From Pseudomonadales bacterium (GTDB lineage Bacteria; Pseudomonadota; Gammaproteobacteria; Pseudomonadales; Azotimanducaceae): a DNA stretch of 64,000 nucleotides. Shown piece by piece: positions 17,088 to 22,363 of the stretch. Under the pieces are notes generated by a model, which was not told where the DNA came from, did no database searches, and worked only from the letters and a program-made list of their open reading frames with translations. A program made the position numbers and the translations under genes. Position 1 is the stretch's first letter. Each line of letters begins with the position of its first letter. The DNA is taken from assembly GCA_965200235.1 (NCBI GenBank), contig OZ241339.1:372508-436507 (forward strand), written 5' to 3'.

Positions 17088-17461
17088 CGCCTATCACGAA
17101 GGTCTTGGCCGAGCTGCAAGAGCTAGGACACGCTGCGCAGTGTTGCCAGCCCGACGGTTTCGGGTATGTCCTTGCAGTATTCGAGTATCCAGTCGATTCA
17201 GGCCGGTTTCGTGGGCACAGATTTAGAGTGGGCATAGGCTTTCAGGAAGATGCGTATCCCGAGTATCCGCCACACTGGCTATGCGTCTCGTCCTTGTCTG
17301 ACAATAGGATCCCTCAGCATAGCGGATTCACATTTGAAGGTGCCGATTGGCGTGTGTTCAGCGTCCCGCCTAGCGATGTCTGGGATTCGTTGCCGACTTC
17401 GCAGAAGAATATGAAAACCTATCTTCGCTTGCACATGACTCGATTCTGGGATCAGGTGTGA
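17084..17461 (+). CDS. prokaryotic E2 (UBC-fold)-like protein
   Basis: 125-aa ORF with the UBC/RWD-like motif AYPEYPPHW followed by Cys (HWLCVSS). It is coupled to both neighbours by 4-nt overlaps (ATGA at 17084, GTGA at 17458). Confidence 0.6.
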   Translation: MTPITKVLAELQELGHAAQCCQPDGFGYVLAVFEYPVDSGRFRGHRFRVGIGFQEDAYPEYPPHWLCVSSLSDNRIPQHSGFTFEGADWRVFSVPPSDVWDSLPTSQKNMKTYLRLHMTRFWDQV

Positions 17462-18960
17462 AACACGAAGCCGTCATTCCCGAGCGCATCAATGATCGAG
17501 TCAGCGACTTGCTGCTGCGGCATGTTCGTGGCGGGAAGCGGCAAGAAGAGCTTTGTTTCGGTCTGTGGCGACCGAGCACCGGTGCAACCCGACGCACGTC
17601 TATTCTGTTCGACATCATTCCGCCTGAACCGGATGAACGTCGATTGCACGGAAACGCGAGCTTCACTCCCGAATATCTTACCCGCGCCGTGCGCCTTGCT
17701 TGCGATCGGAAAGCTGGCCTCGCCTTCATGCACAACCATCTCGCCCCAGGCTGGCAGGACATGAGTGAACCCGATATTGTTGCGGAGCGCGAACGCATAT
17801 CGCCCCCGGCTCGGGCGACCGGCTACCCCCTTCTCGGACTGACACTTGGCACAGATGGCAGTTGGAGTGGCCGACTCTGGCAGTGGAACGGCGGGAAGTT
17901 CAATCGCGTGTGGTGCGACAAGGTGCGCGTAGCAGGCAAGCGATTGCGGATTACCTTCAATGACAAAGCTATCCCGCCTCCTGCAAGGCGTTCCGTCCTG
18001 CAACGTACCATTGATACTTGGGGGGCAGGATGTCAAAACATCATCGCCCGCCTTCGTGTGGGTGTCGTGGGCGTAGGGAGTGTTGGTTCTATGGTCTCCG
18101 AGGCGCTCGCTCGAATGGGGGTTGAACGGTTGACACTTATCGATCCAGATAGAGTCGAGATGCATAATCTTGACCGCCTTGTACATGCTGGCATCGATGA
18201 TGTAGGGCGAGCTAAGGTAGAAGTCGCCGCGCATCGGCTGCGAGTGAGCGCAACCGCAGAGCGCTTTGATATTCGGACGTATCAACTGCCAATTGAGAAT
18301 GAGACGGCGCTACTTTCAGCCTTGGATTGCGACCTGCTCTTTTCCGCTGTTGACCGTCCGTTGCCGAAGGACTTGCTCAATCGGATCGCCTACGTGCATT
18401 GCATTCCGGTGATCTCTGGTGGCGTGTTTGTGGGCAAGAAGAGTGACGGCACCTTAGGTCAGGCGGCATGGAGCGTAGCTATCGTCGGCCCATCACGGCG
18501 CTGTCTTCGCTGTGACGGACAATACAACTCTTCAGAGGTCGTTTTGGAACGCGACGGGTCGTTCGACGACCCAAGTTATGTTACCAATGCAACTGGCCGC
18601 GAGCAGGCGAACCAGAACGTCTTTCCTTTTTGCACGAATCTTGCGAGCCTTATGGTGATCGAAATGGCGAGACTCATCGTGGCAGCGGATTGGTGGCCGG
18701 ATGTCGGTGGCAAGCTGCATTACAGTCTCATTCCAGGAAGGCTTCAACACGAACAAGGAATGTGTCAGCCGAATTGCTCGATACGTGAAACAGAGGCCCT
18801 CGGCGATGCGTATCAGTACCCATTTGTACAGCCTGCGGACACACGACAAGCACCGACGCGCCAAACTCGAGTCGGACTCGCTAAAATCTGGCGTTTTATA
18901 AGGGACTTATATACAAAAGTTGACAGCCCCCCCCACCATTGCGAACCGCCCCAGAGTTGA
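17458..18960 (+). CDS. JAB/JAMM peptidase - ThiF/E1 adenylyltransferase fusion protein (3' end altered by IS insertion)
   Basis: N-terminal JAMM signature: EELCFGLW ... MHNHLAPGWQDMSEPD. E1 Rossmann domain: RVGVVGVGSVGSMVSEALARMGVERLTLIDPDRVEMHNLDRL ... FSAVDRPLPKDLLNRIAYVHCIPVISGG, plus a CxxC (CLRCDG). The last about 19 codons (from about 18902) are read from the inserted tnpB element. Confidence 0.85.
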   Translation: MKHEAVIPERINDRVSDLLLRHVRGGKRQEELCFGLWRPSTGATRRTSILFDIIPPEPDERRLHGNASFTPEYLTRAVRLACDRKAGLAFMHNHLAPGWQDMSEPDIVAERERISPPARATGYPLLGLTLGTDGSWSGRLWQWNGGKFNRVWCDKVRVAGKRLRITFNDKAIPPPARRSVLQRTIDTWGAGCQNIIARLRVGVVGVGSVGSMVSEALARMGVERLTLIDPDRVEMHNLDRLVHAGIDDVGRAKVEVAAHRLRVSATAERFDIRTYQLPIENETALLSALDCDLLFSAVDRPLPKDLLNRIAYVHCIPVISGGVFVGKKSDGTLGQAAWSVAIVGPSRRCLRCDGQYNSSEVVLERDGSFDDPSYVTNATGREQANQNVFPFCTNLASLMVIEMARLIVAADWWPDVGGKLHYSLIPGRLQHEQGMCQPNCSIRETEALGDAYQYPFVQPADTRQAPTRQTRVGLAKIWRFIRDLYTKVDSPPHHCEPPQS

Positions 18961-18973
18961 GTAAAATAGCACC

Positions 18974-20200
18974 GTGAGATACACCCATCGCTCAACCCGT
19001 TACCGCTTACTTCCGTGTACGCATGCGAAGCATCAATTGTTATGGCAGGTGACCGGTGCCTGTATTTGGGTATGGAACCGAATGCTCGCGTACAACGAAG
19101 AGGAATACGCATGGCATGAACGGATTCCGTGGGTCCTGCCAAAGCCATCGACGCGGTTTGAATCAACCGCAAAGATATTCACAAAGCTCCGTGCGAAGAC
19201 AGACTGGCTGCAGTCACTGCCGTTCGGTGCTGTTCGTCATACGCTTCAGTACCAAGCACGTGCATGGGAGAAGTATTTTAAGAGGCAAGGTGGTCGTCCG
19301 CAGTACAAGTCAAGGTATCGGACGCGGGCGGTGACGTTCCCTGAACCCGGACATTTTCAGTTGTCGGGAAGTAGCCTCCGCTTGCAGAAACTTGGATGGT
19401 TCCGCCTTGCTCGACGAGGCAACGACCCATACCGTGACTACGAACCACGTGCGGTGACGATCAAACGAGAATGCGGACGATGGTATGCGGTGATTCGGTA
19501 TCGGGTGCCCGCACACGAAGTCGAACACATTGACGATGGTCACGCAATCGGTGTAGACATGAATGTGGGACAAGTTGCATGCAGCGACGGCGAGATCGTT
19601 CGGCTTGACCGTGAACGCCTTGAAAGGCTTGAATGCCGGAAGCGTCGATATCAGCGCCGCATGGCACGACAGGTGATCGGGTCAAACCGAAGGGAAGTGA
19701 CAAAGCAACGTCTATCGAACGTGTATCGGAACATTCGCTGCTATCGAGACAACTGGCACCACCACACGTCAAAGGCGATTGCTGAGAAAGCCGGTACGGT
19801 CGTTGTCGAAAAGCTCAACACCAAAGGCATGACGGCTTCAGCGAAAGGTGATGTCGTCACCCCCGGAAAGAATGTCACGCGGAAAGCTGGCTTGAACCGT
19901 GAGATTCTCAACACCGGATGGTCAAGTCTCAAACACAAGCTCAGCTACAAGTCGGCACGACTCATTGAAGTGAACCCGCAATACACGTCCCAGACGTGCT
20001 CCCGATGCGGGTTTGTGGATGCGAGAAACAGACCCACACAAGCCAAGTTCAAGTGCTTGGCGTGTGGGCATACAGACAATGCTGATGTGAATGCGGCATT
20101 GAATATATTGGCGTCGGGGACTGGCGCAACTAGACGTGGAGGTGGCGAGGTCACTCGGCCTGTGAAGCGTCAAGAAGTAGCGGAACGAGGGTCAACGTGA
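18974..20200 (+). CDS. tnpB: TnpB RNA-guided endonuclease (IS605 OrfB family)
   Basis: 408-aa ORF. RuvC-I is AIGVDMNVG and RuvC-II is TVVVEKLN. The Zn finger is QTCSRCGFVD ... FKCLACGHTDNADVNAALNILASG, which includes the RuvC-III Asp. The N-terminus YRLLP...WNRMLAYNEE is typical of TnpB. Confidence 0.9.
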   Translation: MRYTHRSTRYRLLPCTHAKHQLLWQVTGACIWVWNRMLAYNEEEYAWHERIPWVLPKPSTRFESTAKIFTKLRAKTDWLQSLPFGAVRHTLQYQARAWEKYFKRQGGRPQYKSRYRTRAVTFPEPGHFQLSGSSLRLQKLGWFRLARRGNDPYRDYEPRAVTIKRECGRWYAVIRYRVPAHEVEHIDDGHAIGVDMNVGQVACSDGEIVRLDRERLERLECRKRRYQRRMARQVIGSNRREVTKQRLSNVYRNIRCYRDNWHHHTSKAIAEKAGTVVVEKLNTKGMTASAKGDVVTPGKNVTRKAGLNREILNTGWSSLKHKLSYKSARLIEVNPQYTSQTCSRCGFVDARNRPTQAKFKCLACGHTDNADVNAALNILASGTGATRRGGGEVTRPVKRQEVAERGST

Positions 20201-20234
20201 CCTGTCAAGTTTCGTATATAAATCCCTTTTATAA
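20050..20234 (+). ncRNA. expected omega-RNA (reRNA) scaffold of TnpB, overlapping the tnpB 3' end and right end
   Basis: Pure inference from the known TnpB architecture, in which the omega-RNA spans the ORF 3' end to the right end. No structure was verified. The boundaries are approximate. Confidence 0.25.
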
Positions 20235-20249
20235 AGGGGCTGCGACCTG

Positions 20250-21488
20250 ATGGCTAGCGTCACAACCCTCAATCTGCGGGACATCCGATGCTTCGCGGGT
20301 GAGCAGTCTGGGCGACTCGCCCGAATCACCTTGCTCGTGGGCGCAAACGGTGCTGGCAAGTCCACTTTTCTTGGTTGCTACAAGACGCTGACTCGTTTAG
20401 CGAACCTGCACAAGCTTGATGACGAGAACTACTTTGACGAAGCGCCGTTTGAAATGGGTGGTTTTGACACCATTGCGCGAACAGGTTGTGATGCATTCTC
20501 TTTGGGCGCTGAGTTTGCCGATCACTGCCACGAATCTCTGCGGTTTGACTTCGCAAGGGCAAATGGAAGCGAGCCTATCGAGCAGAAAGTTCGCCTTGGC
20601 TGGAACGATGACTATATGGACATTAGCCGGCGCGCTGCCGCTACTGAATCGTTTCTTATCCTAAATTCTCGATTTTCCTTCGCTCTGAATCGAGCATACA
20701 TTTCTTACGCGCAGGTCTCGACCTGGCTGGCACGGGCGGTGAAGTACGGACATATGCCGTTCAATGGCGATGTCGCGTCGTTCCGGCGGAGCAGTAGATC
20801 AGTGACCGAAGATGATGTGATTGCCTTTAGTCGATTTATATCACTCCTGCGGTCTGGCTTGCCGTTGCCAGTTGACGAGGCGTTCAGTGTGCATGCGCTC
20901 GATCCACACTTGGAACGTCGACAACGCACGTATTTGTTGCAGCCCCAGCTCTTGCCTGCGCTAGACCCGGAAGCACTAGCTTTTCTGGCAGACCTCGGCA
21001 AGCGCTTGGAGCTTTGGACTGATGTGAGAACCAAGGGCGAAGCAAACGGGTTTGCGATTCTTGTGGACTCGGTAGCGGGTACGCATAACCTCATGGATGT
21101 CGGCTTTGGTGTGCACAGTATGTTGCCACTTGCGAGAGCTATCTACGAGCGGCCCGCACATGCAATGCTCCTGCTACAGCAGCCGGAAGTTCACCTGCAT
21201 CCCGAAGCTCAAGCGAATCTCGCGCAATTCATGGTGGAGAGCCAGCAAGGGTTTCTCATTGAGACACATAGCGATCATTTCTTGGATCGATTTCGCATAT
21301 CCGTCATGCGAAAGCAATTGTCGACGGATGATCTCTCTATCCTCTACTTTGAGCCCGTGAATGACGGCAGCGCATCTGTTATTCATCACATCGCAGTTGA
21401 CGAGTCCGGCAATCTGATCAACGTTCCGAGGAACTTTCGATCATTCTTCGACCGCGAGATCAACGCGCTTCTTGGCTTTGAAGATTAG
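20250..21488 (+). CDS. AAA/ABC-type ATPase (AAA_15/21 with DUF3696-like C-terminus)
   Basis: Walker A is LLVGANGAGKSTFLG. Signature/Walker B region: MLLLQQPEVHLHPEAQANLAQFMVE ... GFLIETHSDHFLDRF. The C-terminal tail ...LINVPRNFRSFFDREINALLGF resembles DUF3696 ATPases. The family name is from memory. Confidence 0.75.
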   Translation: MASVTTLNLRDIRCFAGEQSGRLARITLLVGANGAGKSTFLGCYKTLTRLANLHKLDDENYFDEAPFEMGGFDTIARTGCDAFSLGAEFADHCHESLRFDFARANGSEPIEQKVRLGWNDDYMDISRRAAATESFLILNSRFSFALNRAYISYAQVSTWLARAVKYGHMPFNGDVASFRRSSRSVTEDDVIAFSRFISLLRSGLPLPVDEAFSVHALDPHLERRQRTYLLQPQLLPALDPEALAFLADLGKRLELWTDVRTKGEANGFAILVDSVAGTHNLMDVGFGVHSMLPLARAIYERPAHAMLLLQQPEVHLHPEAQANLAQFMVESQQGFLIETHSDHFLDRFRISVMRKQLSTDDLSILYFEPVNDGSASVIHHIAVDESGNLINVPRNFRSFFDREINALLGFED

Positions 21489-21527
21489 TTATGATGAGAG
21501 TGGTGGCAGGGCCCGGCTTGCGGATTA

Positions 21528-21772
21528 GGGCGTGTTAACACTATGCACGTTGACGCTGCCGAGACCCGTTTTCCGCCAGACAAGGCCGAGCGAGCGCTGT
21601 GTGGCCTACCCCACATGAGCGAGCGAGAACGAAGGCTGGCGGAAAACGGGGCCGGCCCGAAGGGTTGTCGCCTGAGCAAGAGCCGGAGCGAACACTTTGG
21701 GGCATGCGAATGGGCTTTTTCGGCTCTTGCACAGGCGACAACAGCGTCGGTGGGCATAGTGTTAACACGCCC
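21528..21772. mobile_element. MITE family A, copy 1 (about 245 bp, perfect TIR, TA flanks within TTAG/CTAG)
   Basis: TIR GGGCGTGTTAACACTATGC (21528-21546) and its exact reverse complement at 21754-21772. The interior is highly self-complementary. A second, inverted copy with about 90% identity lies at 31458-31704. Confidence 0.8.
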
Positions 21773-21856
21773 TAGATGGAATGCCTCAGCCACTTCAAGA
21801 ATGGACACGTCCTAATATGTGCCAGCGTTCCGCTCGAATCTGGAGGCTCTTCAAGA

Positions 21857-22300
21857 GTGTGTACCAAAACCATACTTGATGCCAGCCTGTTCTCCCGATT
21901 TGGCGACAATGAAATGAAGGCTTGGAGACAGTGGATCGAGAGTGGCGATGGCGTACTCGCCTACACGACGACCGGACGATTTGGACGGGAATTGCGGAAC
22001 AACTGGATGATCAGAAACTATGTGTTCGGTCAACGTAGAGGGCGTTCTGCGTTAGTCAAGAAGCCGGAATTGGATGAGGCCGCTGCGGAGCTACAGGGAC
22101 GCGAGTTTAGTTCCAATGATCAGCATGTACTTGAGCTCGCGCTGGCGAGTAGCGCCCAGGTGTTATGCACCGGTGACGAAGCTTTGAAGCAGGACTTCCT
22201 CAAGAATCTGCCAAAGTTGCGTCGGGGCGTGTATCCGCACAATGCGTCGCGCAAGGCCCGTGAAAAATTCCTGTCGGCGTATCGGTGTAGCGCAGGCTGA
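21857..22300 (+). CDS. PIN-like domain protein (putative nuclease)
   Basis: Track ORF is 21776-22300. I prefer GTG 21857, preceded by GGAGG (21842-21846); ATG 21776 directly abuts the MITE end. Acidic residues sit in PIN-like positions: TILDAS near the N-terminus, SSNDQHVLELA and LCTGDEAL. Confidence 0.5.
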   Translation: MCTKTILDASLFSRFGDNEMKAWRQWIESGDGVLAYTTTGRFGRELRNNWMIRNYVFGQRRGRSALVKKPELDEAAAELQGREFSSNDQHVLELALASSAQVLCTGDEALKQDFLKNLPKLRRGVYPHNASRKAREKFLSAYRCSAG

Positions 22301-22363
22301 GCTTGCTCGCGGCGGTAGTTGCAATCGAGACGTAGGAGTCATTCAAGGCATAAGAGGTTGCTG

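Larger units (their letters stand above)
18902..20234 (+). mobile_element. tnpB-only IS element (IS200/IS605-family, IS1341-like; no tnpA)
   Basis: Ends: GGGACTTATATACAAAAGTTGAC (18902-18924) and GTCAAGTTTCGTATATAAATCCC (20204-20226) are 20/23-matching inverted repeats. TTTTATAA occurs at 18894-18901 and again at 20227-20234. The only gene inside is tnpB. Confidence 0.7.

Noticed and set aside
17452-18285. 277-aa antisense ORF opposite the JAB-E1 gene (and 16610-16855 opposite the Ubl gene)
   Set aside because: There are no motifs, and they overlap sense-strand genes that have strong domain signatures and coupled start/stop overlaps.
16629-18960. CBASS (Cap2/Cap3), Bil, or ThiS/MoaD sulfur-carrier interpretation of the E1/E2/JAB genes
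   Set aside because: - CBASS: there is no CD-NTase or effector, and Cap2 is an E2-E1 fusion, whereas here JAB is fused to E1 and E2 is separate.
- Bil: that system has four separate genes and a single Ubl.
- Sulfur carrier: the presence of an E2 and a JAB, a tandem beta-grasp protein without C-terminal GG, and the absence of thiamine/Moco genes all argue against a sulfur-transfer role.
21543-21815. Short ORFs inside MITEs (for example 21543-21815, 29805-30131, 31466-31969, 31729-32148)
   Set aside because: They run through inverted-repeat, hairpin-rich non-autonomous elements. Equivalent ORFs appear on both strands because of the palindromic structure.
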